A DNA stretch of 64,000 bases from an uncultured bacterium (lineage in GTDB: Bacteria > Fidelibacterota > Marinisomatia > Marinisomatales > UBA1611): contig CBFIBM010000001.1 of assembly GCA_965660855.1 (NCBI GenBank), forward strand, positions 1 through 64,000. Reading direction: 5' to 3'. Each line of letters begins with the position of its first letter. Positions within the stretch are counted from its first letter, which is position 1. A model generated the notes under the pieces. The model was given only the letters and a program-made list of their open reading frames with translations. It was not told the DNA's origin and did not search any database. The position numbers were made by a program, and so were the translations under genes. Positions 9,062 to 19,404 of this stretch are shown here, in pieces.

Positions 9062-11100
9062 TTATACATCCTTTTTTGATTAAGTGTTATTGTTGTTGTA
9101 ATGTTTTTTCTAGGTTCGGGGTAACCTTTTGATGATTCGTACTCAGTATCGAATATATTTTTTGCAGAAGCGCTGAAAATTAAATCAAATCGATTAAAAG
9201 TTGTTTTATGTATGAGATGTATTGATGTAATTGAACTTTTTGGAATTATATTATTTTTAGGGTAGCTGTAAGCTGATATCATTTCACTTATGTAGTGTAT
9301 ATCGGTTGATATAGTAAAATTTTTAATATTTTTTTCAAAAAATATGGTTCCAATATTTTTTGGTGTATATCGTAATCTTCTTTTATCTTTTCCATGGTAA
9401 GATTCTGTGATCCCAAAAGATAATTTGGTATTAAAGTACCTATTATTTTGAGTTAAATACCCAGTGATTCCATATCTAATAACATTATCAATATTTTCTG
9501 CTTGCCAATAAGATTGGATTGGTCGCCATTGAATTAAATTATAAGTTTTTGAATTAAATATATTAAGGTCTAGGTTACCATTAAGTATTTGATTCAATCT
9601 AATACTAATAGAATTATTTTTCCCTGTTTCAGCATTTAGCTGAGGGTTCCCTCCCGGTTGCCAGAATAAATCATTAAACGTGGGATATCTAAAGTGAGAC
9701 GAAGAGCTAAAAGTGAGGTTTTTTAAAAATATATTTTCGTTAAAATTATAGCTTATGACAAAAGAATTTGTGTTTTTATTATATAGGCCTTTTGAAAAGT
9801 TTTTTTGAGCTGTAAACGAAAAATTTATTTTCTTTGATGTTATAAATTGTGAAGACGAACTTAAACTAGAAAAATACTTCTGACGTTCAATAGTATTGGT
9901 TTTCAAATAATTACTTTGAACTTTAATCTTAAGACTAGATTTTAATTGTTTTATTTTAAAAATTGGATTAGAAAAGGATATGGTTGAACTATTTAACTGA
10001 TTATTGCTTTTAATATTGTATAGAGGATTTTCATAATAATCATTTGTTATTTTTAAAAAATAACTTAAAGATCCACGACCAAGTTTATTAAACCAATTCA
10101 AGCTAGAGGCAAAGATACCTAAATTGTCATTGTGGTGTGCTTCTGAAGGGGACCATAGCAATCCAGGAACTCCTCTTGTTTGATTTGTAATCAAAGAAAA
10201 TCCTTTTACGAAAACAGCTGGGTTGATTTTCCTGATAAATTGCAAAGAACCATAGTTTTGGTAAAAGTGATTATTAGATCTATTAAATACTCTATCTCTC
10301 CATGAAACTTTATAATTTCCTTTGGTCTTATTGTAGCCCGTAAAGAAAGATGTTATATATTTTTTTGAATTCCATGAAAAGTTGATATTGGATTTATAAC
10401 TATCAAATGAACCAATTGAACTCGAAATTGAATTATTTTGATTACGATTATTTAATTCTAAAACACCATTTTGTGAACCTGATGAAATTAATTTTTCACC
10501 ATTTATTATTAATCTAGCTTCGTTGATGAAAGCTGCAGGTAGTTGAGATAGATCTGTAACACCAGTTTGTACATTTGTTAAATCAAACCCATTAATTGTC
10601 ACTTTTGTTTGCGATGTAGGACCTCCATTTAAACTTACTGTGGTGATACTTCCGGGTCCTCCAATTGATCTTATTTGAACTCCAGGTAAGCGTTCTAGGA
10701 ATTCTTTGTGTGAAATATTTTCATAACTACTTTTCTTACTTATAGAAACGCCTTTTGAAAGGTCATCAGATAAGTGTTTATAACCTACTGCCTCTACACC
10801 ATCAATCGCTACCGGATTATCTGATAATGTAATTAATAATTTTTCACCTCTATACACAAGTATAATAGATGAATATCCAAATCTTGAAATCCTCAAAGAA
10901 TCATTAATTACTGTTTTTGGTGGTATTAAAGCAATTCCCCTATTGTTTGTAATACTCCAATTTTTATTTGTTAGGTTGTGAATGTAGGTAAACTCTAAAA
11001 ATCTATTAGAAGTATTTTTAACAACTATTCTCTCAGCATTTAGTTGGAGGTGGCAACTAATAGCAAGTATTAAAATTTTTTTTAACTTAAATAATTTCAA
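9058..11100 (-). CDS. TonB-dependent receptor, probably cobalamin (BtuB-like); start codon uncertain
   Basis: Plug motif LPGVQIRSIGGPG...SQTKVTING; FRYPTFNDLFWQPGGNPQL..E; KNIFDTEY...GYP.P; lies downstream of a B12 riboswitch. Confidence 0.85.
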   Translation of the reverse strand: MKLFKLKKILILAISCHLQLNAERIVVKNTSNRFLEFTYIHNLTNKNWSITNNRGIALIPPKTVINDSLRISRFGYSSIILVYRGEKLLITLSDNPVAIDGVEAVGYKHLSDDLSKGVSISKKSSYENISHKEFLERLPGVQIRSIGGPGSITTVSLNGGPTSQTKVTINGFDLTNVQTGVTDLSQLPAAFINEARLIINGEKLISSGSQNGVLELNNRNQNNSISSSIGSFDSYKSNINFSWNSKKYITSFFTGYNKTKGNYKVSWRDRVFNRSNNHFYQNYGSLQFIRKINPAVFVKGFSLITNQTRGVPGLLWSPSEAHHNDNLGIFASSLNWFNKLGRGSLSYFLKITNDYYENPLYNIKSNNQLNSSTISFSNPIFKIKQLKSSLKIKVQSNYLKTNTIERQKYFSSLSSSSQFITSKKINFSFTAQKNFSKGLYNKNTNSFVISYNFNENIFLKNLTFSSSSHFRYPTFNDLFWQPGGNPQLNAETGKNNSISIRLNQILNGNLDLNIFNSKTYNLIQWRPIQSYWQAENIDNVIRYGITGYLTQNNRYFNTKLSFGITESYHGKDKRRLRYTPKNIGTIFFEKNIKNFTISTDIHYISEMISAYSYPKNNIIPKSSITSIHLIHKTTFNRFDLIFSASAKNIFDTEYESSKGYPEPRKNITTTITLNQKRMYK

Positions 11101-11199
11101 CTATGCGCAAATAGAATTGGGGAATAGTGCATAAAGTATAGGTAATAATTACCTTAGTCATACTTTTCTCCCGAAAGTCTTGATTTTAAAAAATTATCA

Positions 11200-11360
11200 A
11201 TTAAGGTTTCCTGACTTAAATAGTATCGACACAATTGACCTTCTCCTCAAATTATATTTGAGAATGGTAATAAAAAAAGTGTATTCTATTATTACAGTAG
11301 CGGGGACTGTATTCGATTCACACGAATTTCCCTTTTAGAGTGATATTTGTTCCTAAAATT
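11200..11360 (-). promoter_or_regulatory. Cobalamin riboswitch (boundaries approximate)
   Basis: Minus strand reads AAAAGGGAA..GTGTGAATC..ACAGTCCCCGCTACTGTAA...CCATT...GAGAAGG...AAGTCAGGAAACCT (B12 box at 11204-11217), upstream of the TonB receptor. Confidence 0.92.
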
Positions 11361-11448
11361 AATTTATAGATATAACATTTACAATTGTTATAAATTTAAA
11401 TAATTATGAAATTTATTGTTTAAATAACTATAAACTCTTGATAAAAAT

Positions 11449-12129
11449 ATGAATAAATGGTTCTTAGTTAAAGTTGGTGTTGCACCGGTGTATTCAGAAC
11501 CTAGTTTTAGATCTGAATGCCTTACTGAAATAGTTTTAGGAGAAAATTGTTTAATTTCAGATGAAACTAAAGATTGGTTGCATATTGTTACAGAGGATGA
11601 TTACAAGGGCTATGTAAATAAGTTTTATGGTAAAGTTCTTTCAAAAAAAGTAGTTAATACTTTCTGTATTTCATCACCAAACTCAGACGGCTTTTTTAGC
11701 AATCAGTATCCATTTGGTGCAATGGTTAAAAATGAAATTTTAGGTGCATCAAAAATTAAAAATAATTTTGATAAAAAATTAGTTATTCCAATAGCAAAGC
11801 AATTAATTGGAATACCCTATAAATGGGGTGGTAAAAGCTCATTAGGTTTTGATTGTTCTGGATTAGTGCAGTCAGTTTTAAAAGTATGCGGCATGAAAAT
11901 ACCGCGAGATTCAGCCCAACAATTAGAATATTTTAAAAATAAAAAGGTATCAATGATAGATGCGAAATCTGGAGATCTACATTTTTTTGGTAAAGAGAGA
12001 GCTGTTACTCATGTAGGGTTTTCTTTAGGCGGAAGTGGTATTCTCCATTCACATGGTTATGTGAAAGAACAAGATATTAAAAGTAATAAGCTCTTATCGG
12101 AAATCTATCTACAAAGTTGCTCAATCTAA
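11449..12129 (+). CDS. SH3 + NlpC/P60 (C40) cell-wall peptidase
   Basis: PYKWGG...GFDCSG, THVG and LHS catalytic motifs; N-terminal SH3b-like region. Confidence 0.9.
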   Translation: MNKWFLVKVGVAPVYSEPSFRSECLTEIVLGENCLISDETKDWLHIVTEDDYKGYVNKFYGKVLSKKVVNTFCISSPNSDGFFSNQYPFGAMVKNEILGASKIKNNFDKKLVIPIAKQLIGIPYKWGGKSSLGFDCSGLVQSVLKVCGMKIPRDSAQQLEYFKNKKVSMIDAKSGDLHFFGKERAVTHVGFSLGGSGILHSHGYVKEQDIKSNKLLSEIYLQSCSI

Positions 12130-12143
12130 CGTAAATTCTGAAG

Positions 12144-12698
12144 ATGAAATTTCCTAAATCTAAATCAGTTAACGGACATATTATGAACCGTGCTGTTTTG
12201 GTTCTCAATGCGAACTATTCTCCGATGACTATTTGCTCAGCCAAAAGGGCCATCTGTATGGAATTTTTGAATAAAGTAGAAGTTTTAGCTAGCTATGAAG
12301 ATATAGTTAGAAGTCCGTCTATTTCTGTAAATTTACCAAGTATAATAAAAATTAAAGATTACGTGCGTTATGATAATTTATCTGTAGATCTTAATAGGAA
12401 AAACTTATTAGAAAGAGATAATCATATTTGTCAATATTGTGGTATTTCGAAAATACCTATGACATTAGACCATATTATCCCAAAATCTCAAGGTGGCAAA
12501 GATTCTTGGGAAAATTTAGTTACTGCTTGCAGACCTTGTAATCAGAAAAAAGGTAATCAAAGACCTAGGGAAGCTGGAATGGTCTTAAAGAAGAAACCTA
12601 AACATCCAAATAGGCTACAATTTTTTCAACGTTTTGCGAGAGAAAAACAAAAAGAGTGGAGGCCCTATCTTTTCATGGAGCCGTTTAAATTAAGCTAG
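12144..12698 (+). CDS. HNH endonuclease family protein
   Basis: VLVLNANY; RDNHICQYCG...TLDHIIPKSQGG..SWENLVTACRPCN. Confidence 0.92.
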   Translation: MKFPKSKSVNGHIMNRAVLVLNANYSPMTICSAKRAICMEFLNKVEVLASYEDIVRSPSISVNLPSIIKIKDYVRYDNLSVDLNRKNLLERDNHICQYCGISKIPMTLDHIIPKSQGGKDSWENLVTACRPCNQKKGNQRPREAGMVLKKKPKHPNRLQFFQRFAREKQKEWRPYLFMEPFKLS

Positions 12699-12715
12699 AT
12701 GAGGATTTTTATTTA

Positions 12716-13684
12716 ATGACAAGAGTACTAAGCGGCATTCAAAGTTCTGGTTCATTACATTTAGGCAATTACTTTGGTATGATGGATAGAATGATAAAAT
12801 ATCAAAATAGTAATGATCTGTTTTGTTTTATCGCTAATTATCATGCGCTTACTGTTTTGCCAAATGCAGAAGATTTAAACAGAAATACGTATAATGCAGT
12901 TTGTGATTTTTTAGCTCTTGGTTTAGATCCTAATAAGTGTACTTTTTGGGTGCAATCAGATGTCCCACAAGTAACTGAACTAACCTGGATACTAACTTCA
13001 CTTGTAAATAGAGGCCTACTGGATAGAGCTACATCATTTAAAGATAAAGTTTCAAAGGGTTTGAGTCCGAATATGGGATTATATTCTTATCCTATTTTAA
13101 TGGCTGCAGATATTCTATTATTCAATAGTGAATTAGTTCCTGTTGGTAATGATCAGAAACAGCACCTTGAAATGACAAGAGAAATAGCAATTAGGTTTAA
13201 TAATCAATTTGGAGACATCTTAATTATTCCGAAAGAAGATATAAATGAAGAAACTAAACTAGTACCTGGTATTGATGGTCAGAAAATGAGTAAGTCATAC
13301 GATAATACAATTCCGATTTTTGATGACTCTGAACTGATTAGAAAAAAAGTGATGAAAATAAAAACAGATACGACAGAAATTAATAAACCAAAAAACATAA
13401 ACACCCCACTTTTTAAACTTTATTCGTTATTTTTAGATAACACTGAAAAAAAGGATTTAAAATTAAGATTTGAAACTCCAGGAATGAGATATGGCGATAT
13501 AAAGCTAGATTTGTTCAGTAAACTGATGGATTATTTTAGTCCATATCGAAAAAAAAGAGAGCAATTTCTCAATAACCCATCAGATGTTATGGATATTTTA
13601 GATATGGGTGCAAAAAAAGCACAGAATTCAGCCAATAAAGTTCTGGAAAAAGTAAGAACAGCCACGGGGATATCATTTAAATAA
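12716..13684 (+). CDS. trpS: Tryptophanyl-tRNA synthetase
   Basis: HLGN, YPILMAADIL, VPVGNDQKQH, KMSKS. Confidence 0.97.
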   Translation: MTRVLSGIQSSGSLHLGNYFGMMDRMIKYQNSNDLFCFIANYHALTVLPNAEDLNRNTYNAVCDFLALGLDPNKCTFWVQSDVPQVTELTWILTSLVNRGLLDRATSFKDKVSKGLSPNMGLYSYPILMAADILLFNSELVPVGNDQKQHLEMTREIAIRFNNQFGDILIIPKEDINEETKLVPGIDGQKMSKSYDNTIPIFDDSELIRKKVMKIKTDTTEINKPKNINTPLFKLYSLFLDNTEKKDLKLRFETPGMRYGDIKLDLFSKLMDYFSPYRKKREQFLNNPSDVMDILDMGAKKAQNSANKVLEKVRTATGISFK

Positions 13685-14409
13685 TGTCTTATAAAATACA
13701 TATTAAAAATTTTGAAGGACCTCTAGACTTACTTATTTACTTTATTAAGAGGGATGAGATAGATATTTATGATATTCCTATTGCTAAAATTACTAAAGAT
13801 TTTATTGACGTTATTGAGCAATGGAAACGATTAAATATGTTAGTTGCCGGCGATTTTATTGTTATGGCATCTACACTTATGAGGGTAAAGGCAAAAATGC
13901 TTATTCCTCGACCTGATTTGGATGAAGATGGTATAGCAATAGATCCAAGGGAGGAATTGATGAATCAGTTGATCGAATATTCTAGATTTAAAAATGCTGC
14001 TGAAATACTAAAAGAAATGAATTTTGAGAACAGTTTTTTTACACCAAGGCAATTTGAACAACTTATTAAAACAGATAAAGAAGATCAAATTAAAGTAGCA
14101 TTAAATGATATCTCTTTATTTGATCTTGCAAAATCTTTTAAAAAGTTAATGGAGAATAAGCCAGTAATTTCTCAATTTGAGCTAAGTAAAGAACCTGTAA
14201 AACTAGAAAATCAAAAAACCTTAATACTTAAAAATTTTGACAAAAATGGAAGAATTAGTTTTAATTTTTTAATTACAAAGATTAAAACTAAGCTAGAGAT
14301 TGTAGTCACATTTCTAGCTATCCTCGATCTAATTAAAGAGGGAATATGTGAAGTGATACAAGATTCTCTTTTTGGTGATATCAATTTGGTACGAATTATT
14401 AAGAACTAA
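13684..14409 (+). CDS. scpA: Segregation/condensation protein A
   Basis: FEGPLDLL, DIYDIPI, VVTFLAILDL. Confidence 0.95.
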   Translation: MSYKIHIKNFEGPLDLLIYFIKRDEIDIYDIPIAKITKDFIDVIEQWKRLNMLVAGDFIVMASTLMRVKAKMLIPRPDLDEDGIAIDPREELMNQLIEYSRFKNAAEILKEMNFENSFFTPRQFEQLIKTDKEDQIKVALNDISLFDLAKSFKKLMENKPVISQFELSKEPVKLENQKTLILKNFDKNGRISFNFLITKIKTKLEIVVTFLAILDLIKEGICEVIQDSLFGDINLVRIIKN

Positions 14410-14996
14410 TGAAAGTAAAAGATATAAATAGTATCATTGAGGCATTGCTTTTTGCAAGCCCTGATCCTCTTAATCAAAAGAAAATAAATTCAATTTTTCC
14501 GTCAAAGGTACCAGATTTAAAAAGTGTAATTTTAAAATTGAATAATACCTATAAAAAAAATAAAAATGCCTTTGAAATTCGTTCAGTTTCAAATGGTTAC
14601 CAACTAGTAGCAAAAAAACAATATCATGAATATATACGTCTTATGTTAAGTAAGACGGGGAAGATTAATTTATCTCCTGCCGCACTAGATTCATTAGCGA
14701 TTATAGCATATAAACAACCTGTAAGCCGTTTTGACATAGAAGCAATTAGGGGCGTAGATTCAAGTGGCGTTATAAAAACTCTACTAAATCTACAACTAAT
14801 ATCAATTAAAGGTAGAAGTTCGGGGCCAGGGAGAGCTTTATTATATAAAACTACAAGTTTATTTATGCAATTTTTTGGATTAAAAAATATTACAGATCTT
14901 CCAAAGTTAAAAGAGATATCCGAATTAATTAATGCTGATCCACGCTTAGGAGAGCAAATTGCAGTATTTGATAAAAAAGAAGATCAAATTAATTAG
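14409..14996 (+). CDS. scpB: Segregation/condensation protein B
   Basis: IEALLFAS, LAIIAYKQP, IRGV, GR..LY.TT..F...FGL. Confidence 0.95.
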   Translation: MKVKDINSIIEALLFASPDPLNQKKINSIFPSKVPDLKSVILKLNNTYKKNKNAFEIRSVSNGYQLVAKKQYHEYIRLMLSKTGKINLSPAALDSLAIIAYKQPVSRFDIEAIRGVDSSGVIKTLLNLQLISIKGRSSGPGRALLYKTTSLFMQFFGLKNITDLPKLKEISELINADPRLGEQIAVFDKKEDQIN

Positions 14997-15009
14997 CATA
15001 AGTACATTA

Positions 15010-15711
15010 ATGCGTTTAAATAAATATCTATCAAAATCTGGCATAGCATCTAGAAGAGAATCTGATTCTCTAATTCAAATGGGTACGACAGAGGTCAATG
15101 GAAAATTATGTTTAGATCCTGCTTATCAGGTGAAAAACGATGACGTTGTAAAATATGATGGAAAAAAAATAAAGCTTCAAACTGAAAAATATGTTTTTAT
15201 GTTAAATAAGCCTAAAAAGGTAATTACCACGGTAAAAGACCCTCATGGAAGGAAAACCGTTTTAGATTTACTCAACTTGAATATCAGAGTAGTCCCCATT
15301 GGTCGTTTAGATCAGGATACAACTGGAATTCTGTTATTGACAAATGATGGTGATTTGCATCAATATTTAACTCATCCTAAGAATAGTATACCTAAAGACT
15401 ATGAACTTGAAATTGAAGGAAGATTAAATGATAATCAGGTAAAAAAAATAGCCCGCGGTGTTTATATTGGTAATAAAGAATATGGTAAAGCTGAGTTTTT
15501 AAGCCAAGAAACAAAGAAAGGGAGGTCCAAAGTATTACTTCGGTTGAGGCATGGAAAAAAAAGAGAGATAAGACGATTAATGTATAGGGTAAGAGCTAAA
15601 TTATTTAATCTAAAAAGAGTTAATTATGCAGGTATTAAAATTGGTAACCTCAAGATCGGTGGATGTAGAGCTTTAACGGAAAGTGAAATAAAGAAACTAT
15701 GGTCAGCTTAA
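15010..15711 (+). CDS. rluB: rRNA pseudouridine synthase, RluB/RsuA family (start moved to ATG 15010)
   Basis: MRLNKYLSKSGIASRR S4 domain; LNKP; GRLDQDTTGILLLTNDG; follows scpB. Confidence 0.88.
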   Translation: MRLNKYLSKSGIASRRESDSLIQMGTTEVNGKLCLDPAYQVKNDDVVKYDGKKIKLQTEKYVFMLNKPKKVITTVKDPHGRKTVLDLLNLNIRVVPIGRLDQDTTGILLLTNDGDLHQYLTHPKNSIPKDYELEIEGRLNDNQVKKIARGVYIGNKEYGKAEFLSQETKKGRSKVLLRLRHGKKREIRRLMYRVRAKLFNLKRVNYAGIKIGNLKIGGCRALTESEIKKLWSA

Positions 15712-15790
15712 TTATCCAATTTTGTGTTTTCTTGGTTGGCTTTAGTTCGGAAATTTGTTAATTTTGTCGGCTCATTGAGAATTTAATCAT

Positions 15791-16435
15791 ATGATAATCG
15801 CTATAGATGGTCCATCTGCGTCGGGAAAAAGCACTACGGCAAAGTATATTGGTGAAAAATTAGGAATATTGCATCTAGATACAGGAGCTATGTACAGAGC
15901 TATTACGCTAGAATGCATTCAGAAAAGTATTCATCACACCAGTGAAAAGAATTTGTTATCATTATTAAGAAGTATTCATATTTCTTTTGACTCGAAAAAT
16001 CAAATTTGCATAAATAATAAAAATGTAGAAAATCTGATTAGAAGTCAGACTGTGACATCGCAAGTTAGCAATTTTAGCGCTGTGAAAATTGTTAGGGAGA
16101 GAATGGTCAGAAGACAAAGAGAAATATCAAAAAATAATGATTGTGTTATCGAAGGAAGAGATATTGGAACTGTAGTATTTCCAAATGCAGATTTCAAATT
16201 TTATTTGGATGCTTCTGCAGAGGTTAGAGCATCTCGAAGATTAATTGAGCTTGAGAAACGCGGTGAAAAAATAAAATTTGTGGATCTTGTGAAAAGAATA
16301 AAAGACAGAGATTTTTTTGATATGAACAGGGAAATTTCTCCTCTAAGAAAAGCTCTTGATGCGATAGTGATTGATACATCTGATTTGAGTATTGATGAAC
16401 AAATAGAAAAAATAATAAAAATTGTAACTAATTAA
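15791..16435 (+). CDS. cmk: Cytidylate kinase
   Basis: IAIDGPSASGKST, LDTGAMYRA, EGRDIGTVVFP. Confidence 0.97.
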   Translation: MIIAIDGPSASGKSTTAKYIGEKLGILHLDTGAMYRAITLECIQKSIHHTSEKNLLSLLRSIHISFDSKNQICINNKNVENLIRSQTVTSQVSNFSAVKIVRERMVRRQREISKNNDCVIEGRDIGTVVFPNADFKFYLDASAEVRASRRLIELEKRGEKIKFVDLVKRIKDRDFFDMNREISPLRKALDAIVIDTSDLSIDEQIEKIIKIVTN

Positions 16436-16456
16436 TAACAAGGAAACATCAAAAGT

Positions 16457-18397
16457 ATGTTTGAACAAAATAAAGAACAGGTAGAAGAACAGGTTTTAGA
16501 AAGTATTGATAATAATGATGGAAATGAAACCAGTGAAGATTATTCACCATCTACCCCAGCCAAAAATGTAGCTGAAACTCAAGATTATTTACACCCAAAC
16601 CTTTTTCAAAATGTAAAAGTAATTAATGAATCAGAATTAAATAATAATAACGAAGAATCTTTTATTGATGATAACCTAGAATCACTCTACTCTAGTACAT
16701 TTGGGGATATATCAGAAAACTCATTGATTGAAGGTCGCGTTGTAGGAATGAATGACAGAGATGTCTTAATAGACATAGGGTTTAAATCAGAAGGTATTAT
16801 TGATAGATCTGAGTTTAAAAAAGATAATTTACCTTCGATTGGAGATCAAGTTGAAGTCTATTTAGAGTTTATCGAAGATGCTAGCGGGAATACGATTTTA
16901 TCAAAAGAGAAAGCGGATTTTATGCGTAGATGGAAAGAATTAAATGATGCCTTTGAGAATGAAACATTAGTTACTGGAATGGTCATTAGAAGAATTAAAG
17001 GGGGGCTGATCGTTGATCTCGGAGTTGTTCAGGCTTTTTTACCAGGTTCTCAAGTGGATGTTAGGCCAATCCAAGATTTTGATGTTTATTTAGATAAAGA
17101 AATTGAATTGAGAATTGTGAAGTTTAATGAAGCAAGAAAAAATATAGTTGTTTCCCATAAAATAATTCTTGAAGATAGCCTTAAAGAACAAAGAGAGGCT
17201 CTTTTTGAAGAGTTAGAGGTTGGTTCAATTTTAGAAGGTAGAGTGAAAAATATCACTGACTTTGGAGTGTTTGTTGACCTTGGTGGGATAGACGGCTTAC
17301 TTCATATTACAGATTTATCATGGGGACGTGTAAATCATCCATCTGAAGTTATAGGGATGAATGATTCCATAACTGTTAAAGTTATAGAGTATGATGAAGA
17401 TAGGAAAAGAGTATCATTAGGCCTCAAGCAATTAACTCCACATCCTTGGGATGAGGTCGAAGTAAAGTACCCTATTGGTCAAACCGTTAAGGGGAAGGTG
17501 GTCAGTTTAACAAATTATGGATGTTTTATTGAATTGGAGCCAGGTGTTGAAGGCTTAATTCACGTTTCTGAAATTTCTTGGACTAAACATATAAAAAATC
17601 CCGCTGAAGTATACTCCATGGGAGATGAAGTTGAAGCTAAGGTTCTATTTATTGATAGTGATGAAAGAAAAATCAGTCTAGGTGTTAAGCAATTAACTCC
17701 TGACCCTTGGGGTGCAATTGAAGAAAAGTATATGGTTGAAACAGTTCATAAGTGTACAATCCAAAATCTAACACAATTTGGAGCATTCGCTGAATTAGAA
17801 GATGGAATCGATGGCCTTATTCATGTTTCAGATTTATCATGGACAAAAGTAATTAAGCATCCAAAGGAAGTGGTTGAAAAAGGTCAAGAGATAGAGGTTA
17901 AAATACTTGAAATTTCTAGAGAGAACCGAAGGATATCACTTGGTTACAGACAAGTTTTTGAGGATCCATGGCCTGAAATAATTTCTAAGTATGATTCAGG
18001 TAATGAGGTAAGTGGTGAAATAATTCGAGTTCTAGATAAAGGAATTATAGTTCAATTAGAAAATGAAGTTGAAGGTATAATACCATTTGGTAAAATGTCA
18101 AAAAAAGATCGTAAACTATTAGCCGGACAATATGAAATTGGTGCAAATTTATCTGGTATTGTCATGAAAGTTTCTCCTGAAGATAAAAAAGTTGTTTTAT
18201 ACAAAGAAGAACTTGCGGGGTCTGGAAAGAGGAATAGTGCTACTGATGAAGTAAAACAATATCTTAGTAATCAGAAAACTAATACAGGTGAAAAATTAGA
18301 TTTGCCTCAGGAATTACTAGATATCGCAAGTCAAGCTGAGAAAGATGGTATTGCAGATGACGAAAATACTAGTGGTGAAGAAACTTCTGAAAAATAG
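16457..18397 (+). CDS. rpsA: 30S ribosomal protein S1
   Basis: Repeated S1 domains (FGVFVDLGGIDGLLHITDLSW and similar); follows cmk. Confidence 0.97.
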   Translation: MFEQNKEQVEEQVLESIDNNDGNETSEDYSPSTPAKNVAETQDYLHPNLFQNVKVINESELNNNNEESFIDDNLESLYSSTFGDISENSLIEGRVVGMNDRDVLIDIGFKSEGIIDRSEFKKDNLPSIGDQVEVYLEFIEDASGNTILSKEKADFMRRWKELNDAFENETLVTGMVIRRIKGGLIVDLGVVQAFLPGSQVDVRPIQDFDVYLDKEIELRIVKFNEARKNIVVSHKIILEDSLKEQREALFEELEVGSILEGRVKNITDFGVFVDLGGIDGLLHITDLSWGRVNHPSEVIGMNDSITVKVIEYDEDRKRVSLGLKQLTPHPWDEVEVKYPIGQTVKGKVVSLTNYGCFIELEPGVEGLIHVSEISWTKHIKNPAEVYSMGDEVEAKVLFIDSDERKISLGVKQLTPDPWGAIEEKYMVETVHKCTIQNLTQFGAFAELEDGIDGLIHVSDLSWTKVIKHPKEVVEKGQEIEVKILEISRENRRISLGYRQVFEDPWPEIISKYDSGNEVSGEIIRVLDKGIIVQLENEVEGIIPFGKMSKKDRKLLAGQYEIGANLSGIVMKVSPEDKKVVLYKEELAGSGKRNSATDEVKQYLSNQKTNTGEKLDLPQELLDIASQAEKDGIADDENTSGEETSEK

Positions 18398-18426
18398 GAT
18401 TAAAGATTATTTTTTTTTGATTATTA

Positions 18427-19404
18427 ATGCAAATTAAAATCAATCCTGAATCAAATTTTACAGAAAAATTTGGCCTAACCTTTGGGGCTTTTGGACTATC
18501 ATTACTCCTCTGGATTTTTGTTGTCTCAGAAAATGAATATACAATGGTTTTGGATTTTCCAATTGAAGCCAGAAATCTGAGTGTGCAAAAAGCTCACAAG
18601 GAGGAAGTTCCTTCTTTTGCAAATGTAAAAATTAAAGGTGCTGGAAGAGATTTATTTAAGACCTACGTTTTATTCCCATTTACCGATTCTAAGCTTGTTC
18701 TCGATTTAGAAGGTATTTCAAAAGATTATGAATTTATCTTAAATGAATATTTTGAACAGAATCCTCAAAAAGTCGTTATCCCCTTAAATTATAATATTGA
18801 ATTTGTTGAGGTTGTATATCCTTACAAAATAAAGATAAGTCTAGATGAATTTATTTCTAAAAAAGTACCAGTCCTTTCAAATTTAATTATCACCCCTAAA
18901 GATGGATTTACCATTGTTGGAGATGAGGTTATACAACCAAATCAAATAACAATCGCGGGACCTGAAGAAGAACTTGCTCTGATTAATCACTTAGAAACAA
19001 CTTTTGATACTATTTCTGATATTGATGGATTATTTTTTAAAAAATTTCCAATAATATCTTTAGGAAATTTAATTAAATATTCAGAAGAGTTTGTTGATAT
19101 AAATTTAAATATCCAACAAATTAGTGAAAGAATTATTGCTAATATACCTGTTAAAATTGTCGATGTACCTCCTGGTATAAGGGTCTTCTCATCCCCCCAA
19201 ACAATTTCCTTAACTATAATTGGAGGTATTGAAAGGATTTCTTTATTAAAACCGAATGAAATTAAAATCTATATTGATTTTAAAAATTGGAATATGAATA
19301 AACAGTTTTACGAACCTGAAGTAATAATCCCTTCAGATTTATTAGAATGGAGAGATTTATCACCAAGAAATTTAGAGCTTGCTGTTGCAAGAGAAATTAA
19401 ATGA
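18427..19404 (+). CDS. YbbR/CdaR-like membrane-anchored protein
   Basis: SLLLWIFV anchor followed by repeated P..(V/I).I.G beta domains. Confidence 0.75.
   Translation: MQIKINPESNFTEKFGLTFGAFGLSLLLWIFVVSENEYTMVLDFPIEARNLSVQKAHKEEVPSFANVKIKGAGRDLFKTYVLFPFTDSKLVLDLEGISKDYEFILNEYFEQNPQKVVIPLNYNIEFVEVVYPYKIKISLDEFISKKVPVLSNLIITPKDGFTIVGDEVIQPNQITIAGPEEELALINHLETTFDTISDIDGLFFKKFPIISLGNLIKYSEEFVDINLNIQQISERIIANIPVKIVDVPPGIRVFSSPQTISLTIIGGIERISLLKPNEIKIYIDFKNWNMNKQFYEPEVIIPSDLLEWRDLSPRNLELAVAREIK

Noticed and set aside
12144..12698. HNH nuclease as a mobile, defence or RNA-guided element
   Set aside because: It fits the widespread stand-alone VLVLNA-type HNH family; no flanking repeats, ncRNA space, methylase or transposase.
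13684..14996. scpAB without smc as an incomplete or Wadjet-like system
   Set aside because: trpS-scpA-scpB-rluB-cmk is ordinary housekeeping synteny, and smc is commonly encoded elsewhere.
14959..15009. Longer TTG start for rluB given in the ORF track
   Set aside because: It overlaps scpB; family similarity begins at MRLNKYL (15010).
18427..19404. YbbR/CdaR protein as evidence of a c-di-AMP system
   Set aside because: No diadenylate cyclase in the window; orphan YbbR-like genes are common in FCB-group genomes.
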